Positions 37,090 through 48,830 of a DNA stretch of 64,000 nucleotides are shown piece after piece; within the stretch, counting starts at the first letter, position 1, and every line of letters begins with the position of its first letter. This stretch comes from Tubulanus polymorphus (Eukaryota; Animalia; Nemertea). Below the pieces are notes generated by a model. It was not told the DNA's origin. It worked only from the letters and a program-made list of their open reading frames with translations, and made no database searches. Both the position numbers and the translations under genes were made by a program. The stretch is from NCBI RefSeq assembly GCF_964204645.1, contig NC_134035.1, positions 8,712,451-8,776,450 on the forward strand, read 5' to 3'.

Positions 37090-40023
37090 ATGGACGTTGA
37101 TTTTCTACGCTCACTAATACTGGTGATTATATCAGTTTCTGTCGTCGATTCAAATCGTAAGTTTGATAAAAATTCATTCTTTACATTCCGAAATCTAAAT
37201 GACAATTTATCACGTACCAATGTTAATGATTTCTGAAATGTATTGATTATTACGATTAGTTTATTCGCCGTGTGGTAATTATCCATTCGTACGGAATTCG
37301 GCCGGAGCCGAGATCATCGCTGATTGTGATGTAGCCGATAGATTCATGGAGGTGAAATATACCTGCCAAGACGGCTACACATTACGAGACGATGTTGATA
37401 CGATAAAGTGTGATGAAAATACGGGTCGCTGGTCGCCGAAACCGGCGTGCTGTAAAGGTTCGTATTTATGGAATAGAACCAACTCTTTAGCTTTAACTTC
37501 TTTATAAAAGAATAACACGTTTTTCGGGATTTTCTAATTTCGTATTTTTTGAGTAATTCTCTGAGCTTTCTTTCCAAAGACATCGTCTAAGCACATCTAG
37601 ATCCTGTTGCTATATTGGTAGAGGATCTTATCTGTATACGAAATATTCAACATCTGTTTGATATGCTACGGATCAAACTCTTGGCCCGAAATAGCCAATT
37701 CCTTTTCGGATCCACTCTAGAGTCGAAATATTCCTACGCAACTAACGACGACATAAAATATTTCAACATACGTCTATTAAAGTACTGTGGCTGGGACTTG
37801 GTCAGTAACAGATTTATTTTAGGTGCAGTTTTTAATGAGTTAATCAGGTGAATGGTTCCCATTGACCGGATTGAAGTTACGTAACATAACATATAAACAC
37901 TATACATTACTAAAAACTTTATTCAAAAAAATCATTCAGCAATAGATCTACCTAAGTGTAGAATTATAAGATCGGACTGGGGCCAGGAAACTAAGCACTC
38001 CACACATGATTTTTAGTTAAAATATAAAACCTGCAATCACGAGATCAAAAAGTTATTCAACAAACAAAAAGCCAAACAAGAAAACTCCCCTGCCCTTAAA
38101 AGATTCAGGGATGTATTTCTCAATATAATGAATTGATATGTTTATGTCTGTATTTCTATTAGATGGCATTACTGACTGTATATCCAGACGTTCTATAAGT
38201 AACGGATACCGCGCGTCTCATACGGATAAAACATGCGGAGGATCAGTGAACTACGCTTGCAGTGATTCTTACAGACTATTCGGAAATCACTTGGTCACCT
38301 GCGAATACGAAGCCGATACAAATACAAACGTCTGGTCAAATCGTCCGTTTTGCATCCGTAAATATATTTACGAGTAAAATTAATTTCTCTCTTCACTGGA
38401 GAAGAAAAAAATGTGTGAATTTATTTGGACATACTGAGAACGAATAAACTGTTGATATTTGAGATATCGTCTTCACGTTTTTCAGAAAATGCTGATAAGA
38501 TGCAACTCACTCCAAGTCGCTACGTCGCATATATAAAAGGAGATAGTCGGCTTATGCTGACGTAAGTAAACGTTTTGCCAGATAAATCTTATTCGTTTAC
38601 TCCTCTGTATATTGGACATTTCGATTGCTATTACATACATTTTCGTTTATTCTAATTTTCTTGGGATGCCATAACCATTTCCTCTAGTTAAACGAAACTA
38701 AACTCAACTCAGAAAAAAGTCTCAGTATCCAATCAAAATTTCCAGAGTCCCACACGGCGGTTATATCAGAGCGGATGAGATAACACCACGGGTAGAAGCA
38801 GCGTGCCTGGATTCGAGCGATAATTGTCAATATATCGAAGGTTGCAGTAATCCTGAATCCGATAGTGTTTGTAAGAAACGTAAAATTTTGTCCGTAAGTA
38901 TTATAGGCAAAGTTTTAACCCAAACCCAGTAAATTTGCTTCGTACCTAGATATCTTGAATTCGTTCAGGATTCGTGTACGATGGAAATTACTTTCGATGT
39001 CGCTCACTACTTAAAAGAAGACTTTAACATCTCGGCGACGGTAGTTGCGATTTTAATGCATCGGAGTCGACTGGATGCGAATCGGTATCCCGACGAAGGA
39101 CCTTATGAACACGAGCGTGAAGCTGCTAAAAAAGCTTTCGAAGAATACGCGGATATCATAAAATCGGTGAGACACTTATTGACATATAAAATATTGGAAT
39201 TGTTTATTAATATGAAATTGATATTTTGCGTGAAGAACTTGTAGAAAATATGCAGAATTGATTTCTTAATTTTTTGTTATTTATTTACAGATGATAAACA
39301 CTACCCCGGATAAAAGTGGTCTGTTGCTGGACGTACATGGACATGCACAGAATTCATGGTTGCAGCTTGGTTACACTATATCTTCCTCCGAATTGAGCAG
39401 TAGTTCTCCCGATCCGAATAAATCTTCGATTAGAAACTTGTTCGGTAAATACAACTCAAAAACCGGACGCGATTTCAAAAGCTTACTTATCGGAGACAAG
39501 AGTTTCGGGTAAGAAACATACATAGAGCTCCACACTAGCTGGGGAAAACTATCCCATTTTATACGAGATCTTATTCCAAACGTTTACCTTGGTATCAGGT
39601 GAGATCGGGCTGCTGAATAGCTGATGTTCGAATCTAAATCTTTATCGTGAACCCTCAACTTATCACATTGGTTCAGCATACAACTATGTTCTTAGTCTTG
39701 AGATGGTTTAAAATCAATAGTTTTTTAATGGACATTTTGTGTATATTTCTAGTCACTATCTACAACAAGAGAACACGCCCGTCGATTCAATACCGTCACC
39801 TAAATATCCAACACAGGAAAGCGACGACAATAAACGAACGTACACCCTAACCGGCGGTTATACCACTCAGAGATATGGACGCGATCACCCAACTTTTAGC
39901 GCTATCCAACTCGAATTCCCGAAATCAGTCCGGGATTCTTCGAATGACTGCAAGGATACCGATAACTATCGCAGGAAGGTCTCAGCCGCTATTGCTGCCT
40001 TTTACAAGTATCATTACGAATAG
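37090..40023 (+). CDS. Secreted sushi-sushi-N-formylglutamate-amidohydrolase-like protein, copy A; exons 37090-37156, 37260-37457, 38163-38357, 38486-38561, 38746-38893, 38969-39166, 39291-39508, 39753-40023; 456 aa
   Basis: Signal peptide MDVDFLRSLILVIISVSVVDS. Two phase-1 CCP exons (C...YTCQDGYTL...KC..GRWSPKPAC; C...YACSDSYRLFG...TC...WSNRPFC). Enzyme motifs TVPHGG, DSCT, HRSRLDANR, LLDVHGH, QLGY, GGYTT..YG, AIQLEFP. All eight exons splice in frame. Confidence 0.85.
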
Positions 40024-40270
40024 AAATGTCCTCTCTCCTATTTCATCTTAGTGTATGAGAATAGATTATAAGAATAAACTCCAATCAAACGGCAAATAAG
40101 AAAAACTAAAATTATCTTTTGGTAGTTTTTTTTGTTTATATTCGAAGTTTGAATAACGTAGTATCACAACTTTAACTGACACTGACATTTATCATGATGT
40201 TCCAATCAATAAATGGCATAGATCTTACAAAGAACTGCGTCAGTTTATCTTCATTCTAACGAACAATTTT

Positions 40271-42082
40271 CTAGTCGATCTGGATAAGAATCATGATGAT
40301 GTAGTTGATTAGCAAGTCGGTGTAGTTCAACCACGTAAACGATTCACCGGTAGGTCTGGTTTTCGAGCACTTGTTATTATACCACCATCCACCGCCTATC
40401 AACGACGCGCAGTTCTGTTCGTCTGAATTATCATTATCCTCGTCGAACGTGCTGAAATACGAGCCATTGAAATCTAGATCCCGGTCGGTCGTATTGATCT
40501 GAGACAGCACCCAGCTCGCTTTGAACGACGCCTTGTACTTGTTCGACTCGTTTGCTACGCGGAAATGTTCGCAAAAACTCTGAAGCAACTTGTCTTCGAT
40601 AATGACATCGATTTTCAGCATGAAATGCTTTTCCGGGTTCGAATTGACGATCATGTATAGATTTTCGTTACCGAGCCAATAACTGCGAACTCCAGTACCG
40701 AATCCGTATTTGTACTCGACCCACGATCTGTTGAATCCGCCATTGCTGTAACGGGACAGGACGATAGTGGCGCAAGTTCGCGCGTACTCGAAAAAATAGC
40801 ACAACACACTAACTGATGACGGCGATAACCGAGGCTTTATAAACACCGTTCTATAACCAGCGGTTGAAAATGTACCAGCTCTTACGTAATCATCACATTC
40901 TGAAATGAAAATATATCAAGTTAGGCTAAAAACGATACCTTGTTTCTCCTAGAATATGCACATGCTTAATGGTTACAAGTTTTTAACTTCTCCTGGTATC
41001 CATCGACTTATATTACATTACCGTATTATTATCTGTAATTTTCTAATGTAATTTAATTCATAAATAAAGAATAATAATATAATTTGTAATCAGTTCATTT
41101 CCATAGCTGCCGGGTCTGTTATGGTTAGTTAGCTCGATCATGATTTTTAAAAAGTTCAAGTTCGGCAAAAATGAGAAACAAGGTATAAATCTTTTTTAAC
41201 CTTATTTGATATAGTTCTATCACCTTCAGAGGCGTTCTGTTCTTCGTTAACGCGTAATGGTTCCATCCTCCTATTTTGAGGTCCAATGTGATAAACTCAA
41301 AACTGTTTGGAGTATGATTTGACTTCAGAGTTAAATAAAACATTGGAAATGAACTATTTTCAGAAAAAAAAACTTCACAGTTGAAATGGTTCCTGATTTA
41401 TCGAATTCGCGTAGAATGAAGTCGGGTGTTATCATATTTTTACCTGTAGCCAGTATTTCACATTTCTGCCCGGTGTAAGATGGTGCACATATGCATGACA
41501 TACCAGTACGATTCAGCGTTCCTCCATTCAGACAGGGGTTATCCTAAAGATTTCGACAAACGTACATTTTATAGATACGGTAAGGTACATTAGACATGTA
41601 ATACTACTAGACGAAGGACTGCTTCGAAGCAACGGTTAGCTTATGTACAAGAAAGCAGCCCTAGAAAAGATAGAAAATACAATAAGGTAAAGAGGTGAGA
41701 AGAATAATTGAATAGGAAACGAAAAGGAACGACTTACCAAATAAAATGTCTTCCAACCGCTTCTGTCAGCCTCGCACCGCGAATCAGAAGCGGTATCTTG
41801 CAGCTGTTGACAGTTGTTGGTTGTCTCAGTTTTTGAGAATTTAATTCCCTTACATCGATCGTGAATTGCGCAGTATCTCGTACACTCGATCAGACTCCGA
41901 GCAGTTGTTATTAGACTCCTCCTGGTCGCGGTCGATGCTACGTTTATTGCCGGTTGAACGACGCATTGTGTCCTGCGAAAATGCAGTCGCGCTACGTCAA
42001 GAGGAGCGAAGTCTGCAAATACTCGAGCGCACAGAGTGCTAGCATACATAAGCGTTAATGAAAGAAATTTGCAATTGAACAT
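40271..42082 (-). CDS. Secreted PAN/apple-EGF-fibrinogen-related (FReD) protein; exons 42082-41738, 41543-41444, 40899-40271; 357 aa
   Basis: Signal peptide; PAN-like SLIECTRYCAIHDRCKGIKFS...CQ; EGF-like NPCLNGGT...CICAPSYTGQKC; FBG motifs FNRSWVEYKYGFG, YWLGNE, FSTFDEDND, CA..GGGWWY..C. Phases are consistent. Confidence 0.88.
40924..41201. mobile_element. Harbinger-type MITE (TTA TSD) in the FReD-gene intron
   Basis: tta|ggctaaaaacgataccttgtttctc ... gagaaacaaggtataaatcttttttaacc|tta. A second copy lies at 61620-61838. Confidence 0.7.
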
Positions 42083-42723
42083 CTTCAGGTGAAAGTAGGA
42101 CCTTTAAGAAATGCAAGATTCCAATCCAGAGGCTAACTAATGACTGAATGGCACACGTTTTGTTCCAACGATTTTATCAATGTAGTTTTTCTGTTTTGCC
42201 CGTTAAACTGAAAGAGCGATTTATCCCAAGTTGTCAGAACACGAGAACAATGCAAATTTGCGAGATAATCTATGATTCAAATCGAGCTCATAAATTTCAC
42301 ATTAATCCAAACGTATTGATGTTTAATGGCGTGACGTTTGTAACCCAAGTATCTTACGTATACAAATCTTATATTCATGCTTGGGTCTCACAAGTTTTAG
42401 CAAACCATGTAAAAGAATTACATGAATTCTTACAACTTCCTCGTGAAAGAGGTATACTTTACGCTAAAACATAAGATCCTTAAATTGGTCGATTGTATGT
42501 GCGAAAATGTTTTTAGCACGCGTGGACACCTGCGAAATTGAAAAATTCTTGTCGATTTAATAAAGATTTACCACGAAAAAACGATTGTATTACAAGAATG
42601 ATTTATATCGTACATGTTATAGACGATTTGATTAAAGAATCCTGATATTTTTCTCTGCCTCGCATCACGATTCGGTTATTGAAAATTGATCTATTTCGTG
42701 TTATATTTGATAATGATGTGATA

Positions 42724-42780
42724 ATTACTCGAGTAATGGCACAGATCGTTTCGTTAATATCGAGTATGTAATGTATAAAA
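42724..42780 (+). promoter_or_regulatory. Promoter of amidohydrolase copy B, in the region shared head-to-head with the FReD gene
   Basis: ATTACTCGAGTAAT at 42724, TATAAAA at 42774, non-coding exon donor at 42866|gtggg. Confidence 0.5.
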
Positions 42781-43213
42781 AGACGCTTGTTACTTCACGC
42801 AAGTCTTTATCGAAAAGCTTCGTCTTCTTGGAGAAATATCAACCGCAAGAGCTGATACACCGTTAGGTGGGTTCATCGAAAACTATCATTATTTTCAGTT
42901 ATCAGATATGTTCGCCGTTTCGGTGTTATGTCCATTTTTAGGCCTCTTTTTCACCTCTATCACGTAATACAGACTGTAGTATGAACTTAAACATATCATT
43001 GAAACATAGTTCTAATGTCGTTCTAATGCAATTTTTAAAAAAGAAAGAAATGCTATGAAGAATAATAGAAGTATTTTGTAGGCCTGAATAGCCTCCGCTC
43101 TTACTCTACAAAATGATAACGTCACTAGCCTAAAGATGCTAGCTTAATTTGCCGATTGTTTCTCGGAAATTTCTTGGTTTTCTCAATGTATAACAGATAG
43201 CAATTTTTCAGAA

Positions 43214-46200
43214 ATGGACGTTGGTTTTCTACACTCGCTGATACTGGTAGTGATATCAGTTTCTGCCGTCGATTCAAGGCGTAAGTTCGATAAACATTCA
43301 TTCTTAACATTCCGAGATGTGAACGACAAACTATCACGTACCAATGTGAATAATTTCTGAAATGTATTGATTTTTACAAATAGTTTATTCGCCGTGTGGT
43401 AATTATCCATTCGTACGGAATTCGGCCGCAGCTCAGATCATCGCTGATTGTGATGTAGCTGATAGATTCATTGAGGTGAAATATACCTGCCAAGACGGTT
43501 ACACATTACGAGACGATGTCGATACGATAAAGTGCGATGAAAATACGGGTCGCTGGTCGCCGAAACCGGCGTGCTGTAAAGGTTCGTGTCAGTATCGATA
43601 TGATTATAAGGAATGGAATATGGAGCATTCATAACTTTCAGTTCTTTATGAAAGTATTCCCCAAAGACACGTAAAGACACATTTTTCTTAGAATTGTCTA
43701 CGAGTTTTTCCGATCAGAATTATTTCTCGGGGATTCCTTGCACATATATAAGATTCACGGTGAACAAAAACACTGACCGAAATTTAAAAAAAGAAAATAC
43801 CCCTGGTGTCCCCGGGATGTATCCTTAGTTAGATTTGTGGAAAGAAATATTGCCCAATTGTCTAAATACATCTCAATCCAGTTTCTAAATATGAAGAGTG
43901 GAATCGGGTCCCATCCGTATACAAAACTACACCATATGTTTGATAATAAAATGATGTGTATATTGCTGTATTTCTATTAGATGGTATTACTGATTGTACA
44001 TCCAGACGTTCTATAAGTAACGGATACCGCGCGTCTTATACAGATAAAACATGCGGAGGATCAGTGAACTACGCTTGCAGTGATTCTTACAGACTATTCG
44101 GAAATCACTTGGTCACCTGCGAATACGACGCCGATACAAGTACAAACATCTGGTCAAATCGTCCGTTTTGCATCAGTAAATATATTCGTGATGATAAATG
44201 ATCAATTTTTTCTCTTCGCTGAAATGAATAGATAGTGGACATTTCGATGAATAATATAGAAATGATAGATCACTTACAAAAAGTCTGAAAGTCTGTAAGC
44301 CTGCCAATGCGCCTGAAAGAAGTATCTCTAAGGGGAGTGGCCTGGAAATGGAAAGATTAACTCGTTATATCGGGGGGACGAAACTGCATAAAATCGGTAG
44401 ACTTAACTGAGAATAAATCAACAGTAGATATTTGAGATATCGTCTTTCAGAAAATGCCGATAAGATGCAACTCACTCCAAGTCGCTACGTCGCATATATA
44501 AAAGGAGATAGTCGGCTTATGCTGACGTAAGTAAAAGTTTTAACTGGTTTATTTTCATTCGACGTCTTTTTTCCGATAAACGTTTTTATTGACTTGTCTA
44601 TTTGACATGCGGGTTGCCTGAGGTAGCCCGCAAAGTTTACACGTGTCACAGTTATATTCCTTCAAATGACAGTCAACTAACTGCGATGTTTTTACATCAG
44701 TTGACTTCTTGCACTTGGCGAATTCGCGCATTACCTTTATATAATCCAGAAAAATATCCATTTGATATTTCCAGAGCCCCTCACGGCGGTTATAACAGAG
44801 CGGATGAGATAACACCACGAGTAGAAGCAGCGTGCCTGGATTCGAGCGGGAATTGTCAATATATTGAAGGTTGCAGTGATCCTGTATCCGATAATGTTTG
44901 TGAGAAACGTAGAATTTTGTCTGTAAGTATGGGCGAAGTATGGTGGCTGATAAGGCCCAAATACAATAATTTTCACTCGACCTCGAAATAATAGAAAAAC
45001 ACAAAAAGAAACTTATAGAGCAAAAACGAACTTTTCGTTATTGCTAGGGCGCAAAAACGAAATATTATAGAGCAAAAACGAACATATTCGTTTTTGCTCT
45101 GTGATTTTTCGTTTTTGCGCCCTAGCAAAAACAATAATTCAATAGAGCAAAAACGAAAGTTCGTTTTTGCTAGGGCGCAAAAACGAATAATATGGAGCAA
45201 AAATAAAAAATCATAGAGCAAAAACTAATATTTTCGTTTTTGCGCTATAATATTTCGTTTTTGCGCGTTAAAATTCGTTTTTGCGGGGTAGCAAAAACGA
45301 ATTTTATGGCGCAAAAACGAAAATTCGTAGAGCAAAAACGTTTTTTTTCGTTTTTGCGCTATAATATTTCGTTTTTGCTCTATAGGTTTCGTTTTGCATT
45401 TTTCTATAATCGAGGTCGTGTAAAAATTAATGCATTTGGCCCTTATCAGCCACCATAGTGAAGTCTTCACCCAAAACCCAGTAAATGATTATAGATCAAA
45501 CAAATCCTATTGAATTCGTTCAGGATTCGTGTACGATGGAAATTACTTTCGACGTCGCTCACTACTTGAAAGAAGATTTCAACATCTCGGTAACGGTGGC
45601 TGCAATTTTACTGCATCGCAGTCGACTGGACGCGAATCGTTATCCAGACGAAGGACCTTATGAACACGAACGCGAAGCTGCTAAGAAAGCTTTCGATGAA
45701 TACACGGACATCATAGAATCGGTGAGAGATTTTTGTAAATTTGACAATATTGAAAATATTGGATAATAGTTCTTGAGTAGGTAATAGATTTCCTGCTTGA
45801 AGAACTTGTAGAAAATACACCAGAAGAAACTAATAGAAAATTGACTTTGTAAAATGGTTGAAATGAGGAAAACGGAGAACGCATATTTTTCACGGTATAA
45901 ATATCTTTATTTTTGATTATTTAGATGATAAACAGCAGCGCGGATAAACGTGGTATAATGCTGGACATGCATGCACAGGCGAAGAATTCGTGGTTGCAGC
46001 TTGGTTACACTATATCTTCCTCTGCTTTGAACAATGGATCCCCCGATCCGAATAAATCTTCAATTAAAAACTTGTTCGAAAAATACAACTCTAAAACCGG
46101 ACGCGATTTCAAAAGCCTACTGAACGGAGATAAGAGTTTCGGGTAAGAGAAACTATTAATCGAATATCAACATAAACCCACCGTCCTGACAAGGTCATTA

Positions 46201-46834
46201 GTCCAGGGTATCCTCGCTTGCAAGGGTTTGATTACCTACCGCCGAAGCTACCTTGGCCAAAGACCTTCTTTGGTCTATTTATGGACTTAAGTCCATGGTC
46301 TATTACACCGCCCAGGATTTCTTGGGTGAGCCGGTTGCCGCTAAGCGGCCACCAGTTTATATATGTATTATAAGCGATTAGATACGAAAATTAGTCCAGG
46401 GGTTTTTTCACCATGAGGTGAGATCAGACTAGGCTGCCTAAGAGCGAATTTGTGTCTTTATCGCAGACCTTGAAGGTATCACTATGTTCAATACCGGCTT
46501 CATTTTTATCGTCGTAATAATCCATGATCTTAATGCAACGTTTTTTTGTGTATCTTCTAGTCACTATCTACAAGAAAACATACCCGTTGATATAATCCCG
46601 TCACCCAAATATCCAACACAGGATAGCGACGACAATGATCCGAAGCGAGCATACTCACTAACCGGTCATTATTTCTGTAAGGTCTATGGACGCGATCATC
46701 CGACTTTTAGTGCCATCCAGTTGGAAATACCGAAATCAATGCGGGATTCTTCGAACGACTGCCAGGATACCGATAACTATCGCAGGAAGGTCGCAGCCGC
46801 TATAGCCGCTTTTTACAAGTATCATTACGAATAG
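43214..46834 (+). CDS. Secreted sushi-sushi-N-formylglutamate-amidohydrolase-like protein, copy B; exons 43214-43280, 43384-43581, 43981-44175, 44451-44526, 44775-44922, 45524-45721, 45925-46142, 46561-46834; 457 aa
   Basis: Exon-for-exon paralog of copy A with motifs APHGG, DSCT, HRSRLDANR, MLDMHAQ, GHYFC, AIQLEIP. Confidence 0.85.
44939..45457. mobile_element. Foldback MITE with TATGG...CCATA termini and a 6-bp TSD (IS3EU-like)
   Basis: About 60-bp imperfect TIRs TATGGTGGCTGATAAGG.CCAAAT.CA.TAATTTT; flanks gcgaag / gtgaag; interior made of GCAAAAACGAA repeats in both orientations. Absent from the equivalent intron of copy A. Confidence 0.8.
46280..46297. mobile_element. Micro-hairpin insertion/footprint with 7-bp TSD
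   Basis: gtctatt [tatggacttaagtccatg] gtctatt. Confidence 0.7.
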
Positions 46835-48368
46835 AAACGTCCTCTCTCTTATTTCATCTTAGTGTATGAGAATAGATAATAAGAATAAACTACAATCTCT
46901 AAACAGCAAATAAGAAAAAGTAAAACTATATTTTGTTTTTTTTTTGTTTATATTCGAAGTTGGAAACCTTGCTGATTTATTGCAGTTATTATAAATGTAA
47001 CCATTATGTAACTTATAAAGCGTATTACTATTTCATAATCAACTGTAATCTATTCAGGAATAAAGATAGTATAGTTATAGTAGGAATAACGTGAACCTGC
47101 AATACAACTTTATCAGACACCGACACTATTGATTATATCCGTTCTAATCGGGACTGTATTTTCCCGTATCTCATTGAAGTAGATCCAGATCGATACACAT
47201 TTATCAGAAAGTACGTGATGGTATTAAACTTGTTTGCGACAGGTGTATTTTATTCCGTACAATAGAAATCATAATGTCAACGGTAAAAACGGTAGAAGAC
47301 ATCTGCTGTGTATTCATACTTATCAATTAGATCTACAATAAATCGGGTATAATATAGTCACGCCGTATACACAAATCTGTAAATTGTGAGTTTGCCTATA
47401 TAGGTAAAAAGCACATTCATCTCTGAAAATGGGGTTTCGTTCTGTCTGTCAGGTTTAATATATTCAGGTTCAACAAACGATATGTTTAGGAGATATTTAC
47501 TGTTTTTCCTAGTGGCACTATTCATCTCACGTAAGTAGGGCAATATACAGAGATCGATCCCGGCTTCGCCTTCCGTGTCGTTGATATGAAGAGAAACCCT
47601 TATTCTCGTGAACTGTCTGTCTGTCAGCAGTCAGTGTCTGTCTTACAGCAACTTACTTTCGTAAATAATAAGTCGGTCTTGAAGAAACTTGGGTACGGGG
47701 GTCTAGTCATGCAGTGCAAAAAATAGGCCCAGTGCGATGTTTAGCTACGAAACTAGGCACTAGAAACTCTTTTTCATGGAAGTGACCTTGAAGATGACCT
47801 CCAAACTGAGGAACAGGTTTGAAATTCAAAAAGTCGACAAAATTTGGCCATGGGTCCGCGATACAACAAATCAAAAATGCAATGGGAACTTACGCGTGGT
47901 AATTTCGGAGTTTGAGTCTGAACCCGAGAACTGCTGTCGCCTATGTACAGGATAATCGGAATAACTTTTTTGGATGCGAAGTGAGAACTGTGTTCTGAAT
48001 GCAAAATAACATCGTTCGACGGAACCATGTCGCGGGTTCATCGACCAATATAATGAGAATTCATGATTGACTGATCCAGCTCCTTATTTAGCTCCAGTTC
48101 AAAATAGAAATATAACCTGATTGTTTTCCATCTGACTGGCAAAAATAAGCCTAACGATAACAAAGATACGTGGACGTTGCAAAGACGTTTTTATCTTTTT
48201 CGTATGAGTTCTACAGACGTTACGTATGATTTAAACAATATTGCTCTAGATAAGGGTCACTCGACATGCGTAGATTTTTTCCAATATTTCGAACCATATA
48301 TTCGATATCAATTTTTACCCGTTTGAACGAAGTTTGTATCATTAGTAAACAAATAGTTAATCAACTCA

Positions 48369-48743
48369 TAAGATAAAAACCCACTATTTACAAATTAAAA
48401 GAAATCAAAAATCGAGAATTTATTAATTGAAACAATCTAAAATAAGAACACGACGTACACCTGACGATGATCTCTAGTGTGAGATCGTAACGTCGTGTTC
48501 TTATAGAGACTAGAGATTCACGCGGTTTGAATGTTGCTGTAACTGTCAAAATCCATTCATGGACAGATGAAATAAGATACAACACACATCACGGATAGTT
48601 TTTAAAAAAAGAGAAAAAAATGACCCAACAATACGGGACAAAAGTACCCTAACAAAATGGCGGCTAGCAACTGTAAAATGGTTTATTAATAAATTCACGA
48701 TTTTAGATTTCTTTTAATTTGTAAATAGTGGGTTTTTATCTTA
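48369..48743. repeat. Element bounded by ~58-bp inverted repeats
   Basis: taagataaaaacccactatttacaaattaaaagaaatc.aaaatcg.gaatttattaat and its reverse complement at about 48685-48743. Confidence 0.7.
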
Positions 48744-48830
48744 TCATCTGTTCATCTCGTTTGAGTGTGGTTATCGTACCATTAGTTAATCAACCCGTTT
48801 GAAACGAAATAAGAAGCCAATTCGCCGGAA

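Noticed and set aside
37023-37583. Minus-strand ORFs conserved between duplicates (37023-37286 vs 43183-43410; 37344-37583 vs 43468-43680)
   Set aside because: The similarity is explained by the plus-strand signal-peptide and sushi exons of copies A and B
44939-45457. GCAAAAACGAA arrays and ORFs 44973-45221, 45225-45470, 45240-45458 as CRISPR or coding
   Set aside because: Interior of an intronic foldback MITE; the ORFs are low-complexity artefacts
47480-48070. Helitron-like non-autonomous repeat (ctgtctgtc, gaaacttgg, tgaccttga motifs)
   Set aside because: The motifs are suggestive but the termini could not be defined, so it is not listed as a feature
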